A stretch of DNA of 64,000 bases from Candidatus Geohabitans tengchongensis (GCA_031459625.1 JAVKIH010000010.1:1-64000), one strand, 5' to 3'; positions 31,795 to 41,329 are shown, counted from the first letter of the stretch. The notes: a model not told the origin generated them from the letters alone. Made by a program: numbers and translations.

Positions 31795-32024
31795 TGGGTC
31801 TCGAGGGCCCCTAACGGGACGCCGCACCCGGGCAACCCGGGACACGAAGGGTCCTCCGTAGCTCCTGCCGCGGGGGACCGGGATGTGGGGCTGACGCTGC
31901 CACGCGGGGGAGACCTCATGCTGGAACGCATCACGAGGGCACCCCGGCTCAACCTCGTAGCCGGCGCAAGTCAATCGGGGACTTATGACAGCCGACTCCC
32001 GTGAACCTGCTACAGTAGTAGCCG

Positions 32025-33815
32025 ATGCACCGTCTCCTCCGCACCACGGCGTGGGCAGTGGGGCTCACGCTGCTCCTCATCGTCCTGGGCGGGATCGTGC
32101 GCGTGACCGGGGCCGGACTGGCCTGTCCCGACTGGCCGCTCTGCCACGGCCGCCTCGTCCCGCCGCTCGAGGACCTCGTCCTCGTCGAGTACGGGCATCG
32201 CCTGCTCGCCTCGGTGGTCGGCCTGCTGACCGTGTTCCTCGTCGTGCAGGCGCGCCGCGCCCGCCCCGGCCCGGCGGTAGGCCGCGCCGCTGCGGCGGCG
32301 CTCCTCCTCCTGGTCGTCCAGGTGCTGCTCGGCGGGCTCACGGTGCACGTGCGCCTGGTGCCGGCGGTGGTGGCTGCCCACCTCGGGACGGCGATGCTCT
32401 TCCTGGCGGCCCTGCTCGTCCTGGGCGCGAGCGCCTATCGCGCTCTGCGGCCGTTGGACCAGGGAGCGCCGCCGGGGCTGGGCACGCTGGCCGCCGTGAC
32501 CACCGGGCTGGCCTTCGGCCAGATCCTGCTCGGCGGCTACCTCAGCACGAGCGGCGCGGCGCTGGCCTGTCCCGACTTCCCCCTCTGCCGCGGGTCGCTC
32601 CTCCCTCCCGGCGGCGGGCCGGTCCTCGTCCACTGGGTCCACCGGCTGGGAGCCGCGCTCCTGGCGCTGGCCGCGGCCCTGCTGGCCGCCCGCGCCCGAG
32701 GGGCCGCGCGGCCGCTGCGCCGCCTGGCCGCGCTGGTCATGCTGCTCGTGATCGTGCAGATCGCGCTGGGAGCCCTCAACGTCCTCACGCGCGTGGCCCC
32801 CCCGGTGACGGTGCTCCACCTGCTCACGGCGGCCCTGCTCTTCGGGACCTTGGCCCTCCTCACGACAGCGGCGTTCGGCACCACGGTCGAGCCGGTGGCC
32901 CGTCCAGGCCGCCTCACCTCCCCGGGCGAGCCCGCCCCGGCGGGCGTGGCGGCGTGGCGCCGGGTCGCCACCGACTATGTGGCGCTCACCAAGCCCCGCA
33001 TCGTCCTCCTGCTGCTGGCCACCACCGTCGCCGCGATGGTCGTGGCCGCCGGCGGCTGGCTCTCCCCCGCGCTGCTGGTCTACACGCTGCTCGGGGGCAC
33101 GCTGGCGGCCGGGGCGGCGAACGCCATCAACTGCTACTGGGACCGGGACATCGACGCGGTGATGGCGCGCACCCGCCGCCGCCCCGTCCCGGCGGGGCGC
33201 GTGGCGCCGCGGCGGGCGCTGGCCTTCGGGGCCGTCCTGGCCGTGCTGGCGGTGGCCGTGCTCGGCGGGCTGGTGAACTGGCTGAGCGCGGCCCTCGCGC
33301 TGGCCGGTCTGCTCTTCTACGTCCTCGTCTACACGATGTGGCTGAAGCGCACCACGCCGCAGAACATCGTCATCGGCGGTGCGGCCGGGGCGGTGCCGCC
33401 GCTCGTGGGCTGGGCGGCGGTGACCGGGCGGGTGGAGGTCCCGGCCCTGCTCCTCTTCCTCATCGTCTTCCTGTGGACCCCGCCGCACTTCTGGGCGCTG
33501 GCCCTGCAGCGGCGGCAGGAGTACGCGGCCGCCGGGGTGCCGATGCTGCCGGTGGTCGCCGGCGAGGCGGCCACCCGCCGGCAGATCTTCGCCTACACGG
33601 TGGCCCTTGTGGCCTCGACGCTCCTCCTCGTGCCCTTCGGAGGCGCGGGCGGGCTCTACCTGGCCGCGGCGGTGCTGCTCGGCGCCGGCTTCCTCCGCCT
33701 GGCCCTGGCCGTCCTGCGCGAGGGGAGCGCGCGGGCCGCCGGAGGGCTGTTCGGCTACTCCATCGTCTACCTGGTCCTGCTGCTCGCCGCGCTCATGGTG
33801 GACCGGCTGGTGTGA
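32025..33815 (+). CDS. ctaB: Heme A synthase (CtaA/COX15) fused to heme O synthase (CtaB/CyoE)
   Basis: GLACPDWPLC, EYGHR, H.VHR, then LTKPRI, DRDIDAVMARTRRRP and FLWTPPHFWAL in one frame. Confidence 0.93.
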   Translation: MHRLLRTTAWAVGLTLLLIVLGGIVRVTGAGLACPDWPLCHGRLVPPLEDLVLVEYGHRLLASVVGLLTVFLVVQARRARPGPAVGRAAAAALLLLVVQVLLGGLTVHVRLVPAVVAAHLGTAMLFLAALLVLGASAYRALRPLDQGAPPGLGTLAAVTTGLAFGQILLGGYLSTSGAALACPDFPLCRGSLLPPGGGPVLVHWVHRLGAALLALAAALLAARARGAARPLRRLAALVMLLVIVQIALGALNVLTRVAPPVTVLHLLTAALLFGTLALLTTAAFGTTVEPVARPGRLTSPGEPAPAGVAAWRRVATDYVALTKPRIVLLLLATTVAAMVVAAGGWLSPALLVYTLLGGTLAAGAANAINCYWDRDIDAVMARTRRRPVPAGRVAPRRALAFGAVLAVLAVAVLGGLVNWLSAALALAGLLFYVLVYTMWLKRTTPQNIVIGGAAGAVPPLVGWAAVTGRVEVPALLLFLIVFLWTPPHFWALALQRRQEYAAAGVPMLPVVAGEAATRRQIFAYTVALVASTLLLVPFGGAGGLYLAAAVLLGAGFLRLALAVLREGSARAAGGLFGYSIVYLVLLLAALMVDRLV

Positions 33816-35104
33816 GCGAGGCGGCGCGCGACCGACCCCCGGGCCCCGGCCCCGTCCCGCCCGATCCGGCGGCTGGCGGCCCCGCGGGGGGCGATCCCGC
33901 GCCGGAGGGCACCACCCAGCCTCTGGCCGGCGTCCGTGTGCTGGAGCTGGCCTCGTTCATCGCCGGGCCGTTCTGCGCCATGCTGCTGGCCGACTTCGGC
34001 GCGGAGGTGGTCAAGGCCGAGCCGCCCGGCGAGGGGGACCCGATGCGCCAGTGGGGCGTCCACCTGGACGAGGGGCGCTCGCTGTGGTGGCCGGTCATCG
34101 GCCGGAACAAGAAGTCGGTCACCCTGGACCTGCGCGTGCCCCGCGGTCAGGCGCTGGCGCGGGCGCTGGCCCAGTGCGTGGACATCCTGGTGGAGAACTT
34201 CCGCCCGGGGACGCTGGAGCGGTGGGGACTGGCGCCGGAGGTCCTGCACGCCCTCCACCCGGGGCTGGTGATCGTGCGCATCTCCGGCTTCGGCCAGACC
34301 GGGCCCTACCGCCACCGCGCGGGGTTCGGCAGCGTGGCCGAGGCGATGGGCGGGCTGCGCTACCTCACCGGGGACCCCGACCGCCCGCCGGTGCGGGTGG
34401 GGCTCAGCATCGGCGACACGCTGGCCGGCCTCTTCGCCGCCTACGGGGCGGTGGTGGCGCTGCGCGAACGCGAGGCGCGCGGCCGCGGGCGCGTGGTGGA
34501 GCTCGGGATCACCGACGCGGTGGTGGCGGTGCTCGAGTCGGTCCTCACCGAGTACAGCCGCCTCGGCGTCGTCCGCGAGCGCACCGGCAACATCCTCCCC
34601 GGTATTGCGCCGAGCAACCTCTACCCCACGGCGGACGGGAGCTGGGTGGTGATCGGCGCCAACGCGGATTCGGTCTTCGCCCGCCTGTGCCGGGCGATGG
34701 GGCGGCCGGAGCTGGCCCAGGACCCGCGCTACGCCACCCACACCGCCCGCGGCCAGCGCCAGCAGGAGCTGGACGAGCTGGTGGCCGCCTGGACGCGCAC
34801 CCTGCCGCGGGCGGCGCTGCTGGCCTCGCTGGAGGAGCACGGGGTGCCCGCCGGGCCGGTCTACACCGCTGCCGACGTGGCCCACGACCCGCACTACCGC
34901 GCCCGGGGCACCGTGCGCGAGGTGCAGGACCCCGCCTTCGGCCGGCTGCTCATGCAGGGCCCCGTGCCCTTCTTCGACGGCGGGGGCGGGGCCATCCGCT
35001 GGACCGGACCGCCGCTGGGGGCGCACAACGAGGAGATCTACGGCGGCTGGCTGGGGCTCAGCGGGGAGGAGCTGCGCGCGCTGCGCGACGAAGGGGTGAT
35101 CTGA
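33812..35104 (+). CDS. CaiB/BaiF (family III) CoA-transferase
   Basis: PLAGVRVLEL..IAGPF, RNKKSVTLDL, ENFRPG and SIGD motifs. Confidence 0.92.
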   Translation: MSEAARDRPPGPGPVPPDPAAGGPAGGDPAPEGTTQPLAGVRVLELASFIAGPFCAMLLADFGAEVVKAEPPGEGDPMRQWGVHLDEGRSLWWPVIGRNKKSVTLDLRVPRGQALARALAQCVDILVENFRPGTLERWGLAPEVLHALHPGLVIVRISGFGQTGPYRHRAGFGSVAEAMGGLRYLTGDPDRPPVRVGLSIGDTLAGLFAAYGAVVALREREARGRGRVVELGITDAVVAVLESVLTEYSRLGVVRERTGNILPGIAPSNLYPTADGSWVVIGANADSVFARLCRAMGRPELAQDPRYATHTARGQRQQELDELVAAWTRTLPRAALLASLEEHGVPAGPVYTAADVAHDPHYRARGTVREVQDPAFGRLLMQGPVPFFDGGGGAIRWTGPPLGAHNEEIYGGWLGLSGEELRALRDEGVI

Positions 35105-35976
35105 TGCCCCACCTCCCCGCCGACGCCGCCACCACCGCCCCGGCCCTGCCCCGGGCTGCCACGGCCGCGGCGGCGGCCGTGGCGTTCCTCGACGTGCGCA
35201 AGACCTTCCCCATCCCCGGCGGCGGGCGGTACACGGCGCTGGAGGGGGTGACCCTCGCCGTCGCGCCGGGAGAGTTCGTGGCCATCGTCGGCCCCACCGG
35301 CGGGGGGAAGTCCACGCTGCTCAACCTGGCCGCCGGCCTGCTCGCCCCGGACGCCGGGGAGGTGCGGGTCTTCGACGTCCCGCTGCGCGGGCTCAACCGC
35401 TCCGCCACCTACCTCTTCCAGCAGGACGTCCTGTTGCCGTGGAAGACCGCCGAGGAGAACGTCATGCTCGGCCTGCTCTTCCGCCGCCGCCCCGCCGCGC
35501 AGTGCCGGGGGCTGGCCCGGGAGTGGCTGGCGCGCGTGGGCCTGCGCGGCTTCGAGAACCGCTACCCCCACCAGCTCTCCGGGGGTATGCGCAAGCGCGT
35601 GGCCTTGGCCCAGACCCTCATCGTCGACCCCGAGATCCTCCTGATGGACGAGCCCTTCGGCTCGCTGGACGTGCAGACGCGGCAGATCATGGAGAACGAC
35701 CTGCTGCGCCTCTGGGCGGAGTGCCGCAAGACGGTGCTCTTCGTCACCCACGACCTGGAAGAGGCCATCGCCCTCAGCGACCGGGTGGTGGTGCTGAGCA
35801 GCGGGCCGGCCGCCCGGGTGATCGGGTCCTACCCGGTGCCGCTGCCGCGGCCGCGGGACGTGGCGGCGATCCGGCTGGAGGAGGCCTTCGTGGAGATCTA
35901 CCGCACCATCTGGCACCAGCTCCACGCCGAGGTGCGGCGGGCCTACGCGCGGCAGGCCGGGGAGGGGACGGGGTGA
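35104..35976 (+). CDS. ABC ATP-binding protein (NitT/TauT type)
   Basis: GPTGGGKST, LSGGMRKR, LMDEPF and FVTHDLEEA motifs. Confidence 0.92.
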   Translation: MPHLPADAATTAPALPRAATAAAAAVAFLDVRKTFPIPGGGRYTALEGVTLAVAPGEFVAIVGPTGGGKSTLLNLAAGLLAPDAGEVRVFDVPLRGLNRSATYLFQQDVLLPWKTAEENVMLGLLFRRRPAAQCRGLAREWLARVGLRGFENRYPHQLSGGMRKRVALAQTLIVDPEILLMDEPFGSLDVQTRQIMENDLLRLWAECRKTVLFVTHDLEEAIALSDRVVVLSSGPAARVIGSYPVPLPRPRDVAAIRLEEAFVEIYRTIWHQLHAEVRRAYARQAGEGTG

Positions 35977-36016
35977 CGGTCCCGGCGCCGTCCGCCGGCG
36001 TGCGGGAGCACCGACG

Positions 36017-36790
36017 GTGAGCCCGCCCGTCCAGCGCGTCTGGCAGGCCGGGGTGCTGCTGGCGGGGCTCGTGGGGTGGGAGGCGCTCTCCCGGGCCGGG
36101 GTGCTCGACCCCTTCTTCTTCAGCCGGCCCTCCAGCGTGGCGGCGCGCATCGTCCAGTGGTTCGCCAGCGGGACCATCTACCGCCACATCGCCGTGACGA
36201 CCCAGGAGACGGTCCTGGCCTTCCTCGCGGGCAGCGTGCTCGGGGTGGCGGTGGGCTTCCTCTTCGCCCGCCTGCCGGCGGTCTCGCAGGTCTTCGACCC
36301 CTACGTGAAGGTGGCCAACGCCATGCCGCGCATCGTGCTGGCGCCCATCTTCACCCTCTGGTTCGGCCTGGGCATCCTCTCCAAGGTGGCCTTCGGCGTC
36401 ACGCTGGTCTTCTTCATCGTCTTCTTCAACACGTACCAGGGCGTGCTGGAGGTCGACCGCAACGTCCTCAACAACGCCCGCATGCTGGGGGCCAGCGAGC
36501 GCGACCTCTTCCGCCACGTCCTCCTCCCCTCCGCGCTCACCTGGATCCTGGCCAGCCTGCACACCAGCGTGGGGCTGGCCCTGGTGGGCGCGGTGGTGGG
36601 GGAGTACCTGGGCTCGGCGCGCGGGCTGGGCTACCTGATCGCCCAGGCGGAGGGGCTACTGGACACGACGGGGGTCTTTGCGGGGATCGTCGTCCTCTCC
36701 GCCTTCGTCCTGCTCATCGACGGCGTGGTGACGCTCATCGAGCGGCGGCTGCTGGTGTGGAAGCCGCAGCGGGCGGTGGAGGGGCGGTAG
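36017..36790 (+). CDS. ABC permease (NitT/TauT type)
   Basis: PRIVLAP..LWFGLG and GAVVGEY motifs. Confidence 0.9.
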   Translation: MSPPVQRVWQAGVLLAGLVGWEALSRAGVLDPFFFSRPSSVAARIVQWFASGTIYRHIAVTTQETVLAFLAGSVLGVAVGFLFARLPAVSQVFDPYVKVANAMPRIVLAPIFTLWFGLGILSKVAFGVTLVFFIVFFNTYQGVLEVDRNVLNNARMLGASERDLFRHVLLPSALTWILASLHTSVGLALVGAVVGEYLGSARGLGYLIAQAEGLLDTTGVFAGIVVLSAFVLLIDGVVTLIERRLLVWKPQRAVEGR

Positions 36791-36855
36791 CCTTATGCTG
36801 ATTAGGATGCGAGCGGTGGGTTTGGCGTGAGCAGATCGACCGCCAGAGGGAGGCG

Positions 36856-37902
36856 ATGACGATGGTGCGACGGGTGCTGATGGCAGTGGTCCTGGCGGCC
36901 ATGCTGACCGCCCCGGCCCTCTCCCAGGGGGCGGTGGCGCCGGAGAAGCCCCGCGTGGTCCTGGCCGTCGGCGGGGCGGAGGCCCTCGTCTACCTGCCCG
37001 TGAACGTGGCCTGGCGTCTCGACTACTTCCGCCAGGCCGGGCTCCAGGTGGACCTGCAGAACTTCGCCGGCGGCGGGCAGGCGCTGCGGGCGCTGGTGGG
37101 CGGCAGCGCCGACATGGTCAGCGGCTTCTACGACCACACCATCCAGATGCAGGCGCAGGGGCGCAAGATCAAGGCCGTGGTCATGCAGCAGCGCTATCCC
37201 GGGCTCGTGCTGGCCGTGGCCAGGCACGCCGCCGACGGCGGAGTGCGCACCCTGGCCGACCTGCGCGGCAAGGAGATCGGCGTCACCGCCCCCGGTTCCT
37301 CCACCCACTTCTTCGTCAACTACCTGATGACCAAGGTGGGGATCGGCCTGGACGAGTTCAGCGTCCTCGGCATCGGCGCCGGGGCCACCGCCGTGGCCGC
37401 GGTGCGGGCGCGGCAGGTGGACGCCCTCAGCAACGTCGACCCCACCATCACCACGCTCCAGGCCGCGGGCGACCTGGGGCCCATCCTGGCCGACACCCGC
37501 ACCACCACCGGGACGCTGCGCGTCTTCGGCGGGCCGTACCCAGCGGCGTGCCTCTACACCAGCGAGGAGTTCATCCAGCGCTACCCCAACACGGTCCAGG
37601 CGATGGTCACGGCCATGGTCCGGGCGCTGCAGTGGATCCGCAGCCGCAAGGTGGAGGAGATCGTGGCCCTCATGCCGCCCGAGTACTACCAGGGCAACCG
37701 CGACCTCTACACGCGCGCGGTGCGCAACATGCTGGAGTCCTACTCGCTGGACGGGCGGATCTCGCCGGCCGGCCCGCCCAGCGTCATGGCGGTGCTGGGC
37801 GCCTTCGACCCCAACGTCCGCCGGGCCACCATCAGCCTGGCCGAGACCTACGACATGCGCTTCGTGGAGGCGGCCCTGCGGCAGCTGCGCGGCAGCCGGT
37901 AG
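36856..37902 (+). CDS. ABC substrate-binding protein (NitT/TauT type)
   Basis: Signal peptide; YLP, GFYDHTI and GVTAPGSSTH motifs. Confidence 0.9.
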   Translation: MTMVRRVLMAVVLAAMLTAPALSQGAVAPEKPRVVLAVGGAEALVYLPVNVAWRLDYFRQAGLQVDLQNFAGGGQALRALVGGSADMVSGFYDHTIQMQAQGRKIKAVVMQQRYPGLVLAVARHAADGGVRTLADLRGKEIGVTAPGSSTHFFVNYLMTKVGIGLDEFSVLGIGAGATAVAAVRARQVDALSNVDPTITTLQAAGDLGPILADTRTTTGTLRVFGGPYPAACLYTSEEFIQRYPNTVQAMVTAMVRALQWIRSRKVEEIVALMPPEYYQGNRDLYTRAVRNMLESYSLDGRISPAGPPSVMAVLGAFDPNVRRATISLAETYDMRFVEAALRQLRGSR

Positions 37903-37936
37903 GCGCCGCCGCCGAGCGGGCGGCGCGGAGGAGGGT

Positions 37937-38833
37937 GTGGCCGACGTCACCATCGTCGACGTCGCCCCGCGGGACGGGCTGCAGAACGAGCCGCGCCCCC
38001 TGGGGGTGGCGGAGCGCGTCGAGCTGATCCGGCAGCTGGCCGCCGCCGGGGTGCCGCGCGTCGAGGTGGGCGCCTTCGTCAGCCCGCAGCGGGTGCCCCA
38101 GATGGCCGGCACCGAGGCGGTCTGTGCCGCGCTACCGCCCGGGCCGGCCTACACCGCGCTTGTCCCCAACCTGCGCGGCTACGAGCGGGCCCGTCCCACC
38201 GGGCTGCGCCACCTGCGCCTGGTGGTGGCCGCCAGCGAGACCTTCAACCGGCGCAACACCCGCACCACCATTGATGCCGCGCTCGACGACTTCGCCCGCA
38301 TCGCCGAACGGGCGCGGGCCGACGGGATCGCGCTGGGCGGGGCGGTGGCCACCGCCTTCGGCTGCCCCTATGAAGGGCCGGTGCCGCCAGCGGCGGTGCG
38401 CCGGGTGGTGGCGGCCCTGGTGCGGCTCGGGGTGGACGAGGTGGTGCTGGCGGACACCATCGGCGTGGCCGTCCCGACCCAGGTGGCGGGCCTGCTCCGG
38501 GAGGTCGGGCGCGACCTCCCGCCGGGTGTCCCGTTGGGCATCCACCTGCACAACACGCGCAACACCGGGTTCGCCAACGCCTACGCCGCCCTCACCGAGG
38601 GCGTGCGCCTCTTCGACGCCGCCCTCGGCGGCATCGGCGGCTGCCCCTTCGCCCCGCGTGCCACCGGCAACATCGCCACCGAGGACCTGGTGTACATGTT
38701 CGAGCGCATGGGGGTCCGCACCGGGATCGACCTGGCGGCGCTGCTGCGGGCGGTGGCCTGGCTGGAGGAGGCGCTGGGGCATCCCGTCCCGGGGCTCGTG
38801 GCCAAGGCCGGCCCGGCGGCCGTTCCGGCCTGA
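37937..38833 (+). CDS. HMG-CoA lyase family protein (possibly (R)-citramalyl-CoA lyase)
   Basis: PRDGLQNE, AFGCPYEG, HLHNTR and GGCPFAP.ATGNIATED motifs. Confidence 0.9.
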   Translation: MADVTIVDVAPRDGLQNEPRPLGVAERVELIRQLAAAGVPRVEVGAFVSPQRVPQMAGTEAVCAALPPGPAYTALVPNLRGYERARPTGLRHLRLVVAASETFNRRNTRTTIDAALDDFARIAERARADGIALGGAVATAFGCPYEGPVPPAAVRRVVAALVRLGVDEVVLADTIGVAVPTQVAGLLREVGRDLPPGVPLGIHLHNTRNTGFANAYAALTEGVRLFDAALGGIGGCPFAPRATGNIATEDLVYMFERMGVRTGIDLAALLRAVAWLEEALGHPVPGLVAKAGPAAVPA

Positions 38834-38837
38834 CGCC

Positions 38838-40118
38838 GTGGGCCAGACCATCGCCGAGCAGATCCTGGCCGCACACGCCGGCCGCGACGTCGTGCGCCCG
38901 GGAGAGTTCGTCACCGTGCGGGTCGACCTGGTGATGACCAACGACCTGATGGGCCCGCCGGTCTTCGCCCAGCTCCGCCGCCTGGGGGTCAGCCGCGTCT
39001 TCGACCCCGCGCGCGTGGCCGTCGTCCCCGACCACGTCGTGCCCGCCCGCGACCTGGCCGCCGCGGCGCTCATGCAGGAGGTGCGCCGCTTCGTCCGGGA
39101 GCAGGGGATCCCGCACTTCTGGGAGGTCGGCGAGACCGGCATCGAGCACACCCTGCTGCCGGAGCAGGGCCTGGTGGCGCCGGGGGACCTGATCGTCGGC
39201 AGCGACTCCCACACCTGCACCTACGGGGCCTTCAGCGCCTACGGGTACGGGCTGGGGGCCACCGACGTCGCCGCCGTGCTGGCCACGGGGGAGACCTGGG
39301 TGCGCGTCCCGGAGACGATCCGCGTCGTCCTGCGCGGGCCCACGGCGCCCTGCGTCACCGGCAAGGACGTGATCCTGGAGGTGATCCGCCGCCTCGGCGT
39401 GGCCGGCGGGACGCTGAAGTGCCTGGAGTTCGCGGGGGACGTGGGGGCGCTCAACGTGGACGAGCGCATGGCCGTCGCCAACATGGCGGTGGAGGCCGGC
39501 GCCGAGTGCGGCCTCTTCCCCACCGACGAGATCCTCATGGCCTGGCTGGCGCCGCGCCTGGCGCGTCCCTACCGCCCGATGCGCAGCGACCCCGACGCCG
39601 AGGTGGAGCGCGAGGAGACGCTCGACCTGGCCGCGCTCGAGCCGCTGGTGGCTGCGCCGTTCTCCCCCGGCAACGTCCACCCGGTGAGCGCGCTGGCGCG
39701 CCGCGGCATCCGCGTCGACCAGGTCTACCTGGGCAACTGCGCCAACGGCACGCTCACTGACCTGCGCCAGGCGGCGGCGGTCCTGCGCGGCCGGCGCGTG
39801 GCCCGCGGCGTGCGCATGATCGTCGTGCCGGCCACCCCGACGATCCAGCGCCAGGCCGTGCGCGAGGGACTCGTGGAGACCTTTCTGGCGGCGGGCGCGG
39901 TGGTCGCCACCCCGACCTGCGGGGCGTGTGCAGGCCTCCACCTCGGTGTGCTGGGCGAGGGCGAGGTGTGCGTCTCCACCACCAACCGCAACTTCCGCGG
40001 CCGCATGGGGCACCGCACCGCCGAGGTCTACCTGGCCAACGCCTACGTGGCCGCGGCCAGCGCGGTGGCCGGCGGGCTGGCCGACCCGCGTGCGGTGGGG
40101 GTGGGGGTGGCCGGGTGA
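38838..40118 (+). CDS. LeuC/HacA-family aconitase-type hydratase large subunit
   Basis: DSHTCTYG, GNCANG, CGAC.G and STTNRNFRGRMG motifs. Confidence 0.92.
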   Translation: MGQTIAEQILAAHAGRDVVRPGEFVTVRVDLVMTNDLMGPPVFAQLRRLGVSRVFDPARVAVVPDHVVPARDLAAAALMQEVRRFVREQGIPHFWEVGETGIEHTLLPEQGLVAPGDLIVGSDSHTCTYGAFSAYGYGLGATDVAAVLATGETWVRVPETIRVVLRGPTAPCVTGKDVILEVIRRLGVAGGTLKCLEFAGDVGALNVDERMAVANMAVEAGAECGLFPTDEILMAWLAPRLARPYRPMRSDPDAEVEREETLDLAALEPLVAAPFSPGNVHPVSALARRGIRVDQVYLGNCANGTLTDLRQAAAVLRGRRVARGVRMIVVPATPTIQRQAVREGLVETFLAAGAVVATPTCGACAGLHLGVLGEGEVCVSTTNRNFRGRMGHRTAEVYLANAYVAAASAVAGGLADPRAVGVGVAG

Positions 40119-40630
40119 TCCTGCGCGGGCGCGCCCACCGCTACGGGGACCACATCGACACCGACGTGATCATCCCCGCCCGCTACTGCCACACCATCGA
40201 TCCGGCGGTGCTGGGCCGCCACTGCCTGGAGGACCTCGACCCGGCGTTCGTGCACAAGGTGCGCCCCGGCGACCTCGTGGTGGCGGGGGAGAACTTCGGC
40301 TGCGGCTCCTCGCGGGAGCACGCCCCGGTGGCGCTGCGCGGTGCGGGTGTGGCCGCGGTCATCGCCCGCTCCTTTGCCCGCATCTTCTTCCGCAACGCCA
40401 TCAACCTGGGGCTGCCCATCCTGGTGGCCCCCGACGCCGTCGAGGCCATCCGGGACGGGGACGAGGTGGAGGTGGACCTGGCCCGCGGGACGATCCGGGT
40501 GGGCGAGCGGACCTTCCAGGCGCAGCCCTTCCCCGAGGCGCTGCAGGCGATCATCCGCGACGGCGGGCTCATCCCGCACCTGCAGCGGCGCCTGGGGCTG
40601 GACGCGATCGCGACGCCGGACCGAGACTAG
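40115..40630 (+). CDS. LeuD/HacB-family hydratase small subunit
   Basis: IDTDVIIPARY and NFGCGSSREHA motifs. Confidence 0.92.
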   Translation: MILRGRAHRYGDHIDTDVIIPARYCHTIDPAVLGRHCLEDLDPAFVHKVRPGDLVVAGENFGCGSSREHAPVALRGAGVAAVIARSFARIFFRNAINLGLPILVAPDAVEAIRDGDEVEVDLARGTIRVGERTFQAQPFPEALQAIIRDGGLIPHLQRRLGLDAIATPDRD

Positions 40631-40744
40631 GCCGGTCTGGCCGCCACGCCGGCCCGCGGGGAGTCCCCCACACCGGCCCGCGGGGAACCCCCCCAACCCC
40701 GGCCCCCGGGCGTCCTGCGCCGCCCTGCTACACTGTTGCGGGCC

Positions 40745-41329
40745 ATGGGCACCCGCGTCCACCTCGCCGTGAACGGCGCCCTCCTGCGGGAGGGGCTGGC
40801 CGCCCTCCTGCGCGACCTCGGGTGCGAGCCGGTCGGGGACCCGGAGGCCGCCGACGTCGTCCTGACCGCGGTCGGGGTCCCCGGGGAGGAGGGACTCGAC
40901 TACCTGCGGGAGGCCGACCACCCGCGCGTCCTGGCGGTCGGCGGCGGAGTGCAGGTGCTGCTCGCCGCCCTGCAGCTGGGCGCGCGGGGGTGCCTGCCGC
41001 TCAGCGCCCAGCCCCAGGAGATGGCCCAGGCGGTAGCGGCCGTGACCCGGGGGGAGGCCTACATCCATCCCTCCCTGGCCGAGGCGGTCCTGGCCAACTA
41101 CCGGCAGCGCGTGGACGGGCGGGAAGCGCCCGCCGTGCTGACGCCGCGGGAGCGCGAGGTGCTGGTGCTGCTGGCGGAGGGGTACACCAACCGGGCCATC
41201 GCCGAGCGACTCCACCTGAGCGTGCGCACGGTGGAGAGCCACCGCGCCAGCATCATGGCCAAGCTGGACGCCGACAGCCTGGCCGACCTGATCTTCGCCG
41301 CCATCCGCATGGGCCTGATCACGCCCTGA
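40745..41329 (+). CDS. LuxR-family regulator with degenerate receiver domain
   Basis: LTPREREVL..GYTNRAIA..TVESHR HTH; receiver lacks the acidic residues (VVLTAV at the phospho-Asp position). Confidence 0.85.
   Translation: MGTRVHLAVNGALLREGLAALLRDLGCEPVGDPEAADVVLTAVGVPGEEGLDYLREADHPRVLAVGGGVQVLLAALQLGARGCLPLSAQPQEMAQAVAAVTRGEAYIHPSLAEAVLANYRQRVDGREAPAVLTPREREVLVLLAEGYTNRAIAERLHLSVRTVESHRASIMAKLDADSLADLIFAAIRMGLITP

Noticed and set aside
31918..32004. Short ORF starting MLERIT, like a DUF433 N-terminus
   Set aside because: Only six residues are similar, which is insufficient evidence.
38838..40630. Plain leuCD for leucine biosynthesis
   Set aside because: No leuA or leuB nearby and the context is catabolic; gene symbol withheld.
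40649..40710. Short 24-25-bp duplication after leuD-like gene
   Set aside because: Two to three degenerate GC-rich copies; likely slippage or a simple hairpin, with no spacer structure.
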